Below, piece by piece: positions 26,285 through 40,922 of a stretch of 64,000 nucleotides of DNA. The notes under the pieces are model-generated. The model was given only the letters and a program-made list of their open reading frames with translations, searched no databases and had not been told where the DNA came from. The position numbers and the translations under genes are program-made. The stretch covers positions 245,210,001-245,274,000 of the forward strand of contig OZ024742.1 of the NCBI GenBank assembly GCA_964016885.1, written 5' to 3'. Origin of the DNA: Eledone cirrhosa. Its lineage: Eukaryota. The number at the start of each line of letters is the position of its first letter. Within the stretch, counting starts at the first letter, position 1.

Positions 26285-26289
<5 letters not shown>
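26006..26289 (+). mobile_element. tRNA-derived SINE with CORE/V-like central segments
   Basis: A-box tggcctagtgg; gttgtgttctcaagcaaaacacttc; cctgcgatggactggcgtcctgtccaggg; agacttt tail; only the 3' end remains in copy 1 (6611-6680). Confidence 0.7.
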
Positions 26290-26322
<33 letters not shown>

Positions 26323-26698
26323 CTCACTCGATATGCAAATTAGGCTGCTCAGCCGTTAACATGCATAAGGAAAGTATATACTTTCAGACATTCAATCATC
26401 TGGCAGGAAGGTATACGGTGCTGACGATAGCTAATAAGCTTGAAACTAGTACATCGTTCCTTTGTCCGTGTTGAACAAAAGGGCAACGGTGGTTGCTAAA
26501 CACTGTACGGCTTAATTCGGGATGTTTGTTTACAAACAAACCGAGCATTATAATAAATGTTCGGTGAATCCATACATACATATATATATATATATGCGTG
26601 CATGTATGTATATATATACATACTACTGTACGTCTGTATACATATATGTATGTACGTATACATACTTATATATATATATATATACACATATATTTATA

Positions 26699-26755
<57 letters not shown>

Positions 26756-27095
26756 GCATATATATTTATATATATCATCATCACCGTTTTACGTCCATTC
26801 TTCCACGCTAGCATGGGTTAGACGGGTAGTCCTGTTGTGGGCAGTGTCTGGTCGGCTGACCATGCCTTGCTCATACAGGAACTGATTTGGCTTGATTTCT
26901 ACAGCTGGTTGCCCTTCCTAACACCAACCTTATTTACAGTGAGTGCTGGGTGCTTTTTCGTGGCGCCTACACATCCACTTTACAGTGTGGGCTGGGTGCT
27001 TTTTTGCCGTGGCACCTCCACGACTACCTTGCGGTGGGGGGTGTGGGGGCATATTGTCTATATGCTTCAGCTTGTGCCCATGGGAGGTCGGGTAC

Positions 27096-27206
<111 letters not shown>

Positions 27207-27226
27207 TTATGTATATATATATATAC

Positions 27227-27257
<31 letters not shown>

Positions 27258-27258
27258 C

Positions 27259-27371
<113 letters not shown>

Positions 27372-27386
27372 CATAAATATATATAC

Positions 27387-27489
<103 letters not shown>

Positions 27490-30400
27490 CATACATATAT
27501 ATCTGTTATATGTCCACTTAACTTAGAATGTGGTCATTTCAATATTATCGATAATTATGTCGGACCCTCAAAAATAATCTTCTCTTATTTAAACTCTGAT
27601 TACTTGTTATATGTTCGTTTAAATTTTCAATAATAAGGTTGAATCTGTAGGACCTTTATAAAGATAATCTCGTTAACTTTCCCATTATATTAAAGTACCA
27701 GTAATACACTGGGATAATTGCTGGCCTTGTGCCAAAAGTAGAAACAATTATTTTCTTCTGGAATCTTCGTTCCCCCACCCCCACACGCCACCATTACTAT
27801 TTGGTCCAATCATAATTCAGCAGTCTATAGTATGTTTCTCTTACCAATCTCTATCACAAAGCCACCGCCTATTACTCCTTAAGTTTAGACCTAGTTGCTT
27901 TTCACTATGCTAAATGGACTACAGAATTTGGAGAGTCTGAACAATCTGAACACTCAATGACAATGTCAAAGATAAAGATAAATCCACCTCCTGTTGCCGG
28001 ACGAAAATGCAAGGACTCCTCTTTATTTCAGACACAGATGGCTAACATAATCCCATCTCCCAAACCTTCCCTGCATCTCCAACCCCTCCCTTCCAACCAC
28101 CCAACGAAATCCAAAACTTCAGAGTTGGTACCATGTTTGTTTGCATAGGAGCACAGCTAATCTAAACTATAATAAAGGGAGGAGCACGGGACTGCGTACG
28201 GTTTATAATTTTTTATCCCATTGGTAAAATAAGTTGGATTACTTTGAATAAATAATTGTTTCTACTTTAGGCACAAGGCCAGCAATTACCCAGTGCATTA
28301 CTGGTACTTTATTTTATCGACCCCGTAAGGATGAAAGGCAAAGTCAACCTCGGCGGGATTTGAACTCAGATCGTAAAGGGACGTAACTATGCTGGAAAGC
28401 ATGGCGTCCGACCCTCTACCGATACTGCCAATCCTTGAATAAATAATGAATGAATATTACATAATTTATCTACTAAATTTCGTGGTTGTTGATTAAATAT
28501 ATTTTGTTTATTTAAAGATTCACTTCTTTAAAATTTCTGAAATGTCAACACTTCCGGTTAGCGATCGCTTGAATAAACATTAATTTTCTGTCACTAATTT
28601 TTTCCTAATGCAGTTTATATATAATATCGACTTTTATTAATGTATCATGGATTACTTTACTGATTACATAAAACAGTGTAACACAGTCTTCGTTCAATTT
28701 CTGTGTATATTGTCAATTACGATTTTATTTGATGTATCATATCTACATGTATATATACTTGCATATAATAATATACACACTACACATGCTAGCAGAAAAC
28801 CACCCAAAGGGTGGTTTTTCTGTTAGTAGATTTAAAACAAGATTCTATGTGCATATACTTTCCTTTAAGGATGAAAAATTATGTAATTCTGCCTCTTTTG
28901 CTACACTTATTGGTCTCTAAAAAAGATAACATTCAGCACTCTATGGGGTGGTGTATTATTAATTCAGGAAAATTCTATGAAGGGGGCAGATTTAAATGTA
29001 ATCTTTGTGTGACTGAGGAATTAGAAATAGCAACTTCTAGGATTAGTCTCCTTAACTCTAGAAATGAAATAATCCTTTTTTTATCTACATAGAACATTTA
29101 ACTTTTTCTTTTATAATATCTTTGAACCTGATTAATTTTACCTTTACATTCTAATTAAGTATCTCTTTTCCTTTCCTCTTACTGTACATAATAGTCATTT
29201 TGTTGGTATTCTTCACCCTGTCTAATGATTGTACTATTCTATAACATCTATTATTATTCCCATCAATAACTTGTTTTCTTGTGCATATGTATGTGTATAT
29301 ATACAGTTATGTGTATGTGTATATATGTATATGCATATGTGTATGTATATATATGTGCATATGTGTATGTGTATATATGCATATGTGTATGTGTATATAT
29401 GTATATACATGTAAATCAACTCAGCTAAGTCACATCCTATTTAATATTATTACCCTATTAACATAATTGTTTCTACTTTAGGCACAAGGCCAGCAATTAC
29501 CCAGTACATTATTTTATCGACCCGGTAAGGATGAAAGGCAAAGTTAACCTCGGCGGGATTTGAACTCAGACTGTAAAGGGACGTAACTATGCTAGAAAGC
29601 ATGGCATCCAACCCTCTACCGATACTGCCAATTCACCGCCCTTTTAACATAATATGATATTTATATGTACGTGCATGCCCACATGCTTCTACATGCACAT
29701 AAGCACTCATATCAGTGGACACAAATAATTTCGAAAAAAATCTACAGCATCTGTTTTGTCCATGTTATGTGAATCATCATCATCATCATCACCGTTTTAC
29801 GTCCGTTCTTCCATGCTAGCATGAATAGGTATGTGAATAGGTATGTGAATAGCTGAAAATAGAATTAAAAAACCCATTCAACAATAAAAAGCTCTACTAA
29901 AATACCATTCAGGAGCATATTTATATTACCAAAACGAATAAAGATGTTGTGTCTGCGCTTCCTTTGCAGGTGTGTGTCTCTAAGGAAGCTCAAAGAAAAA
30001 ATTCCAAGTAGGGTAGCCATTTTCAGTGATACCTCTTTGGAATTCCACCATGTTAGTATGTCTGTTACTATCCGTGCTGCATCAATGAGAAGATGAAAGC
30101 TGCCATCAAACAAGCCATCCATAGGGAGGGTCTGAATATACTGCTGGCACATTTAGGACCCTCATTGAGGAGACTGCTCGGCAGACACCAACCCACATGC
30201 AGAGATATATGCACACTTCCTAACTGTCCCATTAACAACACAGAAGTGTGCATGAGAGCATATGTGGTCTATAAGATCACGTGCAAAACATGTAGCTCCT
30301 AATACATCAGAAGTACCATAACGAGATTACATACACAGATCAAAGAGCACGTGACAAGGAGAGCTTCTTCTGTTAAAAAACATCTTGACAGATGCCACAC

Positions 30401-30907
30401 CCAAGGCATTGAGGTCACCATAGAGGCAACTGAAAGGAATATGGGAAATTTAAGGATTAAGGAGGCTATTTTCATCAGCCAAATAAAACCAAAGACAAAT
30501 AATAGGTCAGAAATGCACAAGGCAGAATGGTTATTACAGTGACTCCACAAATACACATTTGTTTTTCAAAATTATTATTATTATAATAATTGTTTCTACT
30601 TTAGGCACATGGCCAGCAATTTGAAGTGGGAGGGGAAAGTCAATTAAATCAACCCAAGTGTGTTACTGGTACTTTATTTATCGACCTCGTAAAGACGAAA
30701 GGATATTAATAATAATAATAATTGTTTCTACTTTTGGCACAAGGCCAGCAATTACCCCAGTGCATTACTGGTGCTTTATTTTATCAACCCCGTAGGGATG
30801 AAAGGCAAAGTTAACCTTGCCGGATTTGAACTCAGAACGTAAAGGGCCATAACTCAATGCTGTAATTCATGATGTCCGACACTACAGATACTGCCAAACC
30901 ACCACCC

Positions 30908-30943
<36 letters not shown>

Positions 30944-33900
30944 GTAACTGCCCATATACTAAGGAAAATTCTGTCAATATAAACACATCACAAGTCTAAA
31001 CACCTAAAGATACATGTATGTGTGTATGTGTTCTTTCTTGAACATGGCGGATCTTGTTGTCTCTTGAGGTCACTGGTTGTGACTTGGTGATAACTCATAT
31101 GAACATAAAGCAAGATAAATGAAAAAAAAAAAAGAAGAAGAAGAAGGAAGAGGAGGAGAAAACTGAGAGGTAACATAATGATTTGTTTCAAATATCAGTT
31201 TTATTTTTAGCTTTCTGAAATTAATAAATATATGTGAAAATGTTACAAAATAATTAAAGAAAGATTTTTTTATAATTCATTGAAATTGCAGTCAATAAAA
31301 CAGCACCATTAAAATTACTGCAATCAGAATTGGTCAGTAACACTCTTTCAGAAGAACCTTCATAGGTACAGTAACTACATATATTTAACTCTTAACATCC
31401 TGTAATAATTTAGCAGAAAATATCCCAAAATAGGTTTCTTAATTCAAATGTTTATAGCAATTTTACTCGAGGACAGATAGATCATTGTGAAAATTTGTAT
31501 TATTACAGTAAAGACTCTAATATTTAATGTGATGCAATCACAGTCTTGTTTGGTACTTATCAATAACATTTTGATAATATGGTTTCATGATCATTGTGAA
31601 AATTTGCAGTATTAGAGCAAAGAATTTTAAATGTGATGTAGTCATAATATTGTTTTGTACTTTTCAAGAATATCTGGCTAATACAATTTCATGTGGTTTG
31701 TTAATTCAAATGTTTATAGTATCTTTACTATTTCGAAAATTAGCAGTAAACTAAAGTAAAGACTTTAATTTTAAATTGATGCAGTCATAATGTTTTGTAC
31801 TTTTTGAAAATGCCTGGCTAATGTAGTTTCTTTTGGTACAGGATGTTAAGAGATGTTAAGAGTTAAACTACCATACGTTTTCTGGGATTATTTGTTGCCA
31901 ACCACAAACCCAGACAGGTTTACTATGATTCTGAGGTTTTTCCTTTAAAGAAAGAAAGAAAGGGTTCTTAATTTCTGATGAATGTCCTGATCCACGGCAT
32001 ATCTTGAGCATTTTAAACCAGGTAGAGACCATCCCTCTCCCCATCTGTACATAGCTGATTTCTTCAAAATAAGGAGTTACTGAATTAGTGAGAGAAAAAG
32101 TGATAAAGAGAGATAGAGGAAGAATCAATCCCCAGTACATGACTGGTGCTTTATTTAGCAACCTCAAAAGGATGAAAGGCAAAGTAGACTTCAGCAGGAT
32201 TTGAACTCAAAGTGCAGTGAGTTGGAACAAATACCAAGGCATTTAAGCAAATGCCCTAACAACTCTGCCAAATTGCTGCCTTTTCTTCTATAGACATGAC
32301 TGAATTGGTCCTTTTTTTCATGATTGGAATTCCTTATTTTAGATATAGATGTTCAGAAACTGCGAAACTATATTTTTACCTGGTTTACATACAAAAACCT
32401 TGGCAAATCTGAAATTCGAAAATTCTGATTTTCTTTTTCAACTATTATAGTTATTGGGGGGTAACTATGTTTTCAAATCTTATAATCTTATCTTTTGTCA
32501 TTATGACAGAAGTTTTGAAATCCTCCTTCAAAACAAACCAAAATCAAATGACTGTCTCCCTCATCTTAATGCATATACACAAACTATGCAAGTATTTATT
32601 AAAGTAGGCTTGTGTAACACTTATTCTGATAATGTAACCCTGGGAAAAAGTTGAGTTAAGTAACAGTGAAATAGGGTCTCTCCACAAATATGGTCTATCC
32701 CCTTATATTTCATGATATTTTAAGAATAAGATTTTTTTTTCAAAACAAACGGAATAATGTATGCTACTCCCTTTCTTTGGAAAACAAAAAAGTTTGAAGC
32801 TTGAAATATCATGAAATACAAGTTCTGTCAATAAATGCTAGATTTTGGCATGATCCTAAACAAACCACAGCTTAAAGCCTCACAAACTGGAGGGATCTCA
32901 AAATAACTAAAAGGTATGTATATATACAATTTTTGTGAGACTTTCTGGGATAATGACTTTTTAATAAGGTAGTTCCGAGCTTTGTATAGCTTAAGGCCTT
33001 ATCAAGTATAAATCTGGCTGACTCTGATTAGAAGAATGATGCTTTTGCAAATTTTCCTTTTTAGATACAGCACAGGAAAACATATATACCATCAAATAAC
33101 AGGCACACACTTCTCTGTTTCACTGAAATCATTGTAAAACAATTAATCAATAACTATTTAACTTAATTCTCTTATTCTTTCATTATGTATTTGACTCTGT
33201 AGTTTGAATACTTACTAACATACATCACAAGCAGATGGCACTTTGAGTATTCACATCAGCACTACATAGAGTTCTAACATGGTTATAAGCCATGTCCTGA
33301 CTACGAGGAATATATATATATAGTGAAAAGTTACTGCCCGATGGCTGAGCTCACGCTGTTTCAACGGTTATTGAGCATTAACTTTTCACTATACACACAC
33401 TCTTCTTTCCCAAGATTCAAGTATTTAACTGAGCATAGTCTTACTAGTCTAAACTGGTAACTCTCTCTCTCTATATATATATATATGGCACCCACTGTGG
33501 TTGGGATTTGACATACACACATATATATATGGAGGAAGTTATAGTTCACTTGAAGCTTGGTGTAATGAGGTATAAACGTTTGAATTTGTAAAGCCAAACA
33601 ATGCAGGTATGGACATAGAATAAAAATGCAAATGCAAAAGATATTGTTGACAATTAGTCTTTTACCTTACATTTATTTAAATGTCCTTAATTTTCGAGAT
33701 AATATCTCTTCTTCGGAGGGAAGTAAAGCGGTTAAACCAGTGTTCTAAATAGCTTGCCAAGTCATAAGCTATTTAGAACAGTGGTTTAACTGCTTTACTT
33801 CCCTCCGAAGAAGAGATATTATCTCGAAAAATAAGGACATTTAAATAAATCTAAGGTAAAAGACTAATTGTCAACAATATCTTTTGCATTTGTATTTTTA

Positions 33901-35009
33901 TTCTATGTCCATACCTGCATTGTTTGGCTTTACAAATTCAAACGTTTATATATATATATATATATATTATGTATTAAACAGTATTTGAAAGGCATCCTAT
34001 GAAGAGGAGATTCATCTTAGATCAGTTTAACTCTACTGAATCAACAGTTAAACATGAGACTTATATATCCTTGTAGTTGCCATGGTTTTTTTTATTATTT
34101 ACAATAAAAAGAGCAGTGGATTGGCAGAATTATCATCATCATCCCTTTTATGGCTGTTTTTCCATGCTTGCATGACTAGGGTATGATCTTTAATGGCTGA
34201 ATGCTCCTCTTATCACCACCCCCACACACACAGCCACATACATGTAATGCTAGCAGTTATAGCATGTACAGTGTAAAAAAAGTAAAGGTCTCTGATACTT
34301 GATGAAAGGGAATTTCAAATAAGGCAGAGCCCATCATTTTTTAAGTCAGAACACAGTTGATCTCTTCTTCTTCTTCTTCTTCTGAGAGAGAACTGATCCC
34401 AGTACCAGACTGTTATTTTATTTATCGATGTCAAAAGGATAAAAGGCAAAGTTAACCATGGCAGGATTTGAACTCAGAGTACAGTGAGCTAGAACAAATA
34501 CCAAGGTATCTTTAATTGCCTCGTCTACAGTGTATTTTGTGTAATTTGTGATAAAATATTTTGTTTTGATTTAAGTTAAGGCAGCAAATGATGTTAAATA
34601 TTGTAAGGTTTTGTATAGAAAACCTCTTGGTAAATATGTTTCATTTTCTTATAATCAATCATTATTTCTTATAATCAAATTATTCCCAAGTGACTTTTTT
34701 TTTTCTTCTTCCAGAAAATAGCTTCAAACCTTGAGTAAAAGAGCAGCAATGTCTTGAATAATAATCTCAAGGTCTGGCACAAGGCGACAAATGTTTTGGT
34801 AAAGTAGAGTTGATGAATAATAAAATCATCAATGGTTTGTACAATGTTCAACAATTGTAATGGTTATGAAGATGATGATGGTTGTGAAGATGATGGTGAT
34901 AATGATTAAAATGATGATGATGAAAATAATGACAGTTCAATATAATATCTACTTCATTGTTTGAATATGATGAAGGCACCAAACCGATATATTGTACATG
35001 GAAATGGCA

Positions 35010-35207
35010 TCATGAAACATGATTGGAACTCGACATCTGTAAATTACCAAGGAGACGCCACTCTGAGTTTTCCTGACTAAGGTCTAGTCTGCGCAAAATG
35101 ATATATGTGGCACCCATGAATTGGTTTTCTTTCAAGACATCATGATTCCAAACAGTTACTTGTAAAGTTCGATTCTTAACCTCTTCCAAAGACATCTTGT
35201 ACTGCAT
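35010..35207 (-). CDS. PIK3C2A: Class II PI3K terminal coding exon, C2 domain end and TGA stop
   Basis: MQYKMSLEEVKNRTLQVTVWNHDVLKENQFMG...SSSNHVS*; AG acceptor at 35208-35209. Confidence 0.93.
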   Translation of the reverse strand: MQYKMSLEEVKNRTLQVTVWNHDVLKENQFMGATYIILRRLDLSQENSEWRLLGNLQMSSSNHVS

Positions 35208-35775
35208 CTACCAGAAAAAAAACATGGAAAATATATTAATCTTAAATATCTTTGAAAGCTTAACTCCAATTTTGAATATAGTTAATAAATATATAGTTTA
35301 TTATTCTACAGCAAACATTATTGTAGAAAAATATGGATACAATAAAATGTATCCAATACACACTCTAAAGTGGTTGGTGTTAGGAAGGGCATCCAGCAGT
35401 AAAAAGCTTGCCAAACATAGTGTTTATAATTAATGCACAAGACCAGCAAATTTTATTTTTGTTGAGGCGGGAAAAGCCAATCAACCCTTTAGCATTTACA
35501 TTCTCTATATATATTATTGTATTTTCACAGTAAAGGCTTTATCTCAAATAATATCAAATCTATTAGATTTAAATATTATTTATTTTGAGGAAAATAGCTT
35601 AACATCAGTATGAGTGGCCAGTTATGGCTAGTTAGAACAGAAAGAGGTGAGAGAATTCTGGCCGGATACAGCCAGTTTTATGCTAATCGGTTAAATCAAC
35701 CCCAATACTTTATTTAATTGAATTCAGCAGGACTTGAACTCAGAACATACAAATCTTAGTATTAGAATTACTTAC

Positions 35776-35901
35776 AACTTCATTGAAAGTTGGGTGAGTT
35801 GTGTGTTTAACCACTTTAGTTTTTTGTTTTGTCAGTTTCTCAGGATCTGGTAACATATACAGTTTTACATAAGGACTTGGGTTTTCAATACCATGTGAAT
35901 G
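35776..35901 (-). CDS. PIK3C2A: Class II PI3K exon, C2 domain
   Basis: HSHGIENPSPYVKLYMLPDPEKLTKQKTKVVKHTTHPTFNEV; 126 nt. Confidence 0.95.
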
Positions 35902-36049
35902 CTGGCAATATAGAAATGGAAAGTAAATCATTAGTATTTTCATATACACTAGTTGACCCTGTGGAAACAACCACCAAGTATTAAAAATCAACATGATATT
36001 TGAAGTGCTTATTTGTAAGTATATATATATATATATTTATTATAATAAT

Positions 36050-36420
36050 AATAATGAAAATTATTGTGAACAGTGCTCAGGTGTACTACAACTCATCAAA
36101 GGTGCATGTAAAGTACATAGAATAATGTAAAAATGTCTGGAAAGTGAACTGTGTATGAGTCATGATATACACACATACATGTGTGCGTATGTATGGAAGG
36201 GGAATATCAGGTGTAGTGTTGACGAATTTCAGGAAGTATGGAAGTTTGGAAGGATGCAGTGTTCTGACAGCTAACAACTGATGCAGGTAGTTTGTTCCAT
36301 GCTTCAGCAACTCTGAGCATGAAAAAATGTTCCCGAAATGATGGGAGCTGTGCTGTTTTCTGATTTTGTAGGCATGCCCACAGGTGTTAGACACGGAATT
36401 CAAAAAGGTGTTCAGGGTGG
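36050..36420 (-). mobile_element. CR1-like LINE 3' fragment
   Basis: TCGHAYKIRKQHSS...RVAEAWNKLPASVV (frameshifted). Confidence 0.7.
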
Positions 36421-37502
36421 TTGTTAGCAAGATGGTTAATATATATATATATATATTTATATAATGCATTGGTGTATCTCAAGCAACATATTTGTATGTA
36501 TATGCGCGTGGTTCAGGAGCCAACTACATCGGTTCCACAAAATACCAACTCCATAACTGAAAACTCAAACATTTTGAAAATCTTTTATTAGGAAGTGGGT
36601 GCCTACCCTAAGCCATAGGAGTGATCTGGACACATGGAAACATCTGTACACAGACTCCGACGGGTAACAGATTTGCCAAGCCAGGAATAATATAGAATAA
36701 TATAGTCTGATGAAGGATTATAATCCAAAAACATTCCCTATCAAATGAACAATATTAAGCCAACAATAAGGCTAATAGACTGTAGCCACATGGCCGTTCA
36801 CAGTAACTATACTAACACTAACACTAACCCTAACTCTAATTTTAATTCTAACATTAACTCTCACACACTCATCTTTCTACACTTCTACCTTCACCTAAAA
36901 TAAAATACAAAACGTATGCAGTTTTTTAAATAAGTTTTATCTTGTTTATTGTATTTCATTATATTCTAGCTTCTCCCTTTCAGCTCCTTATAGTTTACAC
37001 TTCTTACTTTCCCCTGAACTGCACTACAAAAAGCAACACAACCCGACTCTCTCTAATATATATGTATATATAATTTCCGAAACATCCAATGTTTGTATAT
37101 ACATACTTATACATACACACACACAAATAATATTTAGAGTACTTTATTACATACGCACAACATAACAACAAATTAAATATAAATATATATACAGACATTT
37201 TATTAAGGGAAGTAACTCTTTCCCAAGCTAATGGTTAAAAGCATATTCAATAATTGTTTCTACGTTAGGCACAAGGCCAGCAAATACCCAGTGTATTACT
37301 GGTACTTTATTTTATCGACCCCGTAAGGATGAAAGGCAAAGTTAACCTCGGCGGGATTTGAATTCAGAATGGCAAGGGCCGTAACTCTATGCGCCAAAAC
37401 ATGGCATATTCAATAATGCAATGGTGCAGATCTTAAACTATGTGTGTATATGTACTTTACTGATACAGAATGTAGACTTAATAACAACATCAGTTTACGT
37501 AC

Positions 37503-37615
37503 CAAGCCCCTTGCATGCATAATCATAACTTGTAGGTGTTCCTTTTGATACTGAATCGATATTTTTATCTCCCCTTGAATTCCAGAAAAGACTTGTCGGA
37601 CATTATTAACAGAAT
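37503..37615 (-). CDS. PIK3C2A: Class II PI3K exon, C-terminal C2 domain start
   Basis: SVNNVRQVFSGIQGEIKISIQYQKEHLQVMIMHARGL; 113 nt. Confidence 0.92.
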
Positions 37616-38011
37616 CTGTAACAAAAAATAAAAAGAAAAAAAGGACAACATTTAATAAATAGATATAAAATCAAGTGTAATGGGTGCAATTTTTTCATCT
37701 TTTTTTAAGCAGAAGAGATTTTGTAGCCCAGGACGAAGTTATTGAAATATCTGACTTGCTTGAGGTGACATTTGAGATCTGGGTAGAAACTAAAACATTT
37801 ACATCATGCTACATTTATTGTTGCCATCAAAAATGCCTACCTACCTATGTCAAACTTGCAATACATGCAAATGAGCATCTCCCAAAATGTATTATTTACA
37901 AAAGCTATATATAAGCTTCCCTGCCTCAGTATTGAGTGAGCAAAATTTTGCCTATATACATATATATATAGGCAAAATTTTTCTCACTCAGTACTATATA
38001 TATAGAGAGAG

Positions 38012-39192
38012 AGGTAGAACACTGGAAGGTAATATCTGTAGTGGTAAAGCACTCAGTCCATGGGACGAGTTAAGAAGTGGTAACACAACAGTTAGTTCAC
38101 CATACTGAGAACAATTGTTTCACCTTAGCTGATCTTCAGCTCGGACTGGTCATGGTTATACGGAATAGGAAGAACAACCGTATGAACGCACATGCGTAGA
38201 AATGGTCACTTCAGCCAAGCGATACAATGCGACGGGCGAAAGGTGTAACGGTGATAACTGCGAAAGTCCAAAAAGTAGTTCGAGTTGATAAGAATGTTGT
38301 TGTTATTCAATCCGGAGCTTTGTAGTTATGTAAGAGGTGTTTCAGGATATGTGGACAACGTGTGAAGATTTCATTCCTTGAATTTAGGCAATCGCTATTG
38401 CGTAATCTCCTTAGAATATTTATCCGTTCATCAATACACAGTCCACAAGACGGATTGCCCCTTGCGTATGGCTTGGACTTAGTGATGGCTTTCCATTGAA
38501 TGGAGTAGGCTATACTTGAGTCCTTGAGGGACCATACGTGGCTCGCGAGTTTGATGGATGATCATTTGTTCGGGTACCTAAAGGTCAACTGATGGTTCAG
38601 GAGGCGTTCATTAAATCGGCCCTCCACCATACCCACATGGGTATGGTGGAAGGCCGATTTAAGGAACATTTCCTGAACCATCAGTCGACCTTTAGGTACC
38701 CGGAAAAATGATCATCTACGAAACTCATGAGCCACGTATGGTCCATCAATGACTCAAGTATAGACTACTCCATTCAAAGGAAAGCCATCACTAAGTCCAA
38801 GCCATACGCAAGGGTCTTGTGGACTGTGTATTGATGAACGGATAAATATTCTAAGGAGATTATGCAATAGCGATTGCCTAAATTCAAGAAATGAAATCTT
38901 CACACATTGTCCACATGTCTGGAAACACCTCTTACATAACTACAAAGCTCCGGATTGAATAACAACAACATTCTTATCAACTCGAACTACTTTTTGGACT
39001 TTCGCAGTTATCTCCCTTACACCTTTCACCCGTGGCATTGTATCGCTTGGGTGAAGTGACGGTTTCTACGCATGCGCGTTCATACGGTTGTTCTTCCTAT
39101 TCCATATAACCATGACCAGTCCGAGCTGAAGATTCACTAAGGTGAAACAATTGTTCTCGGTATGGTGAACTAACTGTTGTGTTACCACTTCT
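38012..39192. mobile_element. Intronic Penelope-like fold-back (~560 bp arms) with decayed GIY-YIG and a hammerhead in each arm
   Basis: Arms 38073-38635/38638-39192; ...KAITKSKPYAR..GLCIDERINI...CLNSRNEIFTHCPH; ccgag-CTGAAGA..GAAA-caattg-TT-ctcgg at 39121-39160 and its inverse at 38105-38144. Confidence 0.85.
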
Positions 39193-39363
39193 ATATATAT
39201 ATAGATGGACATTAAACAAAGATGATGATGATGATGATGATGAGATGCTCATTTGCATATAGTACAAAATTGGATATATGCAAATGAGCATCACCAGCAA
39301 ACGTTCATCATACTAAATCCATATATACACTCTTGTCTATTTTCATGTCAGTACCTGTTGAGT

Positions 39364-39416
39364 GAATGTCACTGATGAGAAATTAATGAATCTTGAAACA
39401 GAACTGCCTGGCATTC
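39364..39416 (+). ncRNA. Hammerhead-like motif, cleavage-site U mutated to C
   Basis: gaatgtca-CTGATGA-gaaattaatgaatctt-GAAA-cagaactg-CC-tggcattc; 8-bp stem I. Confidence 0.55.
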
Positions 39417-39941
39417 TTAATGACTCCTAACATACTGTGAGATGTTCACAGAACAGAGAAAAATATTATTTCGTAATGAAAAAGTATTTTTCTTTGATAA
39501 CAAGGCTCCCATATGTTTATTGTTTATAAACATATCACATATGCTTTCAAATACTCCCCTATATATGTGCCTGTACAACTTTGTGATATTAATCCAGAGT
39601 TAAGGGTTTGTATACTGAATAATGAACATAATAAAATCTTGATTTATTAAATCTATACTTTCAGACAGAGAAGGGAGACAAAAGCCTAGTGGTAGTTGTC
39701 AACTATTCTGAAGGAAGAAGGGGATAATTTCAATGGATCAAGAATTAATTCATGGTTAAATTAACATGCTTAAGAAAAAGAGAACATACAGATCTTTGTT
39801 TCAAGGCATGTGATAAACCATGTACACATTTGTTTCAGTTTGAAGTTTAACTTTGCCCCTGATTATTATTTTCATTTTCAAAATGATTTGGAAATCTTCA
39901 GTAATCTGCTAACAAAAGGGTCTATATTAAAAATCACTCAC

Positions 39942-40023
39942 CATGTAAGTCGTTATTGATGTTCAGATCAGAACTTTGTTCATCTCGAATAAGTGGGTGA
40001 AAGAAGGTATAGACAAGGTCACA
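39942..40023 (-). CDS. PIK3C2A: Class II PI3K exon, PX domain end
   Basis: CDLVYTFFHPLIRDEQSSDLNINNDLH; 82 nt; gtgagt donor. Confidence 0.93.
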
Positions 40024-40816
40024 CTGAAAACGAAATTGAGAAGAAATGAAGACAAACACAGGGTGATTTAATATTCTATGCCACATGAAACAGTATTAAG
40101 GCATTCTTAAAAAGTACAAAATAGCAATATGACTATATCACATTAAATATTAGAAGTTTTTGCTTTAATACTACACATTTTCACAGATATCTGCCTAGTT
40201 TTAAAGACAACAACGAAATTAACAAACCACATGAAACTACATTAGCAAAACATTCTGGAAAAATACAAAACAGCACTATGACTGCATCACATTAAAAATG
40301 AAAATCTTAACTCTAATACTACAAATATTCACAACAATCTGTTGACTAGTAAAGATACTGTAAACATTTTAATTAACAAACCACACGAAACCACATTGGA
40401 AATCATTCTTGCAAAGTACAAAATAAAACTATGACTACATCACATTAAAAATTAAAAGTTTTTGCTCTAATACTACAATTTTTCACAATCTGCATAATAG
40501 TAAAGATACTAAAAACTACATGGAATCACATTAGCAAAACAACACTATGATTATATCATATTAAAAATGGAAATCTGAACTTTAATGCTACAAATTTTCA
40601 CACAAACTGCTTAGTATTAAAGATATTATAAATATTTGAATTAACAAACTACATTAAAACACAGTGTGCTGGAACAAATACCGAGGCACTTAATCCCATG
40701 CCCTAACAACTGTGCCAAGTCACCACATAGAAATATGTCAGCAACAAAAACAAAATAATGAGAAACCAATGGTTTTAACAATAATCTATTGAACAAAGAA
40801 CTCTTTCCAAACTTAC

Positions 40817-40922
40817 CTCAGATATTTCTGGTGCATGTTGAAATATCTCTTTTACAAAATTAGAGATTTCTGTTTTGCGATTCAGAGCTACCGTTCTTAT
40901 ATTACTTCTACCAAACAACACC
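40817..40922 (-). CDS. PIK3C2A: Class II PI3K exon, PX domain
   Basis: VLFGRSNIRTVALNRKTEISNFVKEIFQHAPEISE; 106 nt. Confidence 0.93.

Noticed and set aside
36810-36860. Telomere-like ctaaccctaa repeats
   Set aside because: Only one or two degenerate units within a probable retroelement remnant.
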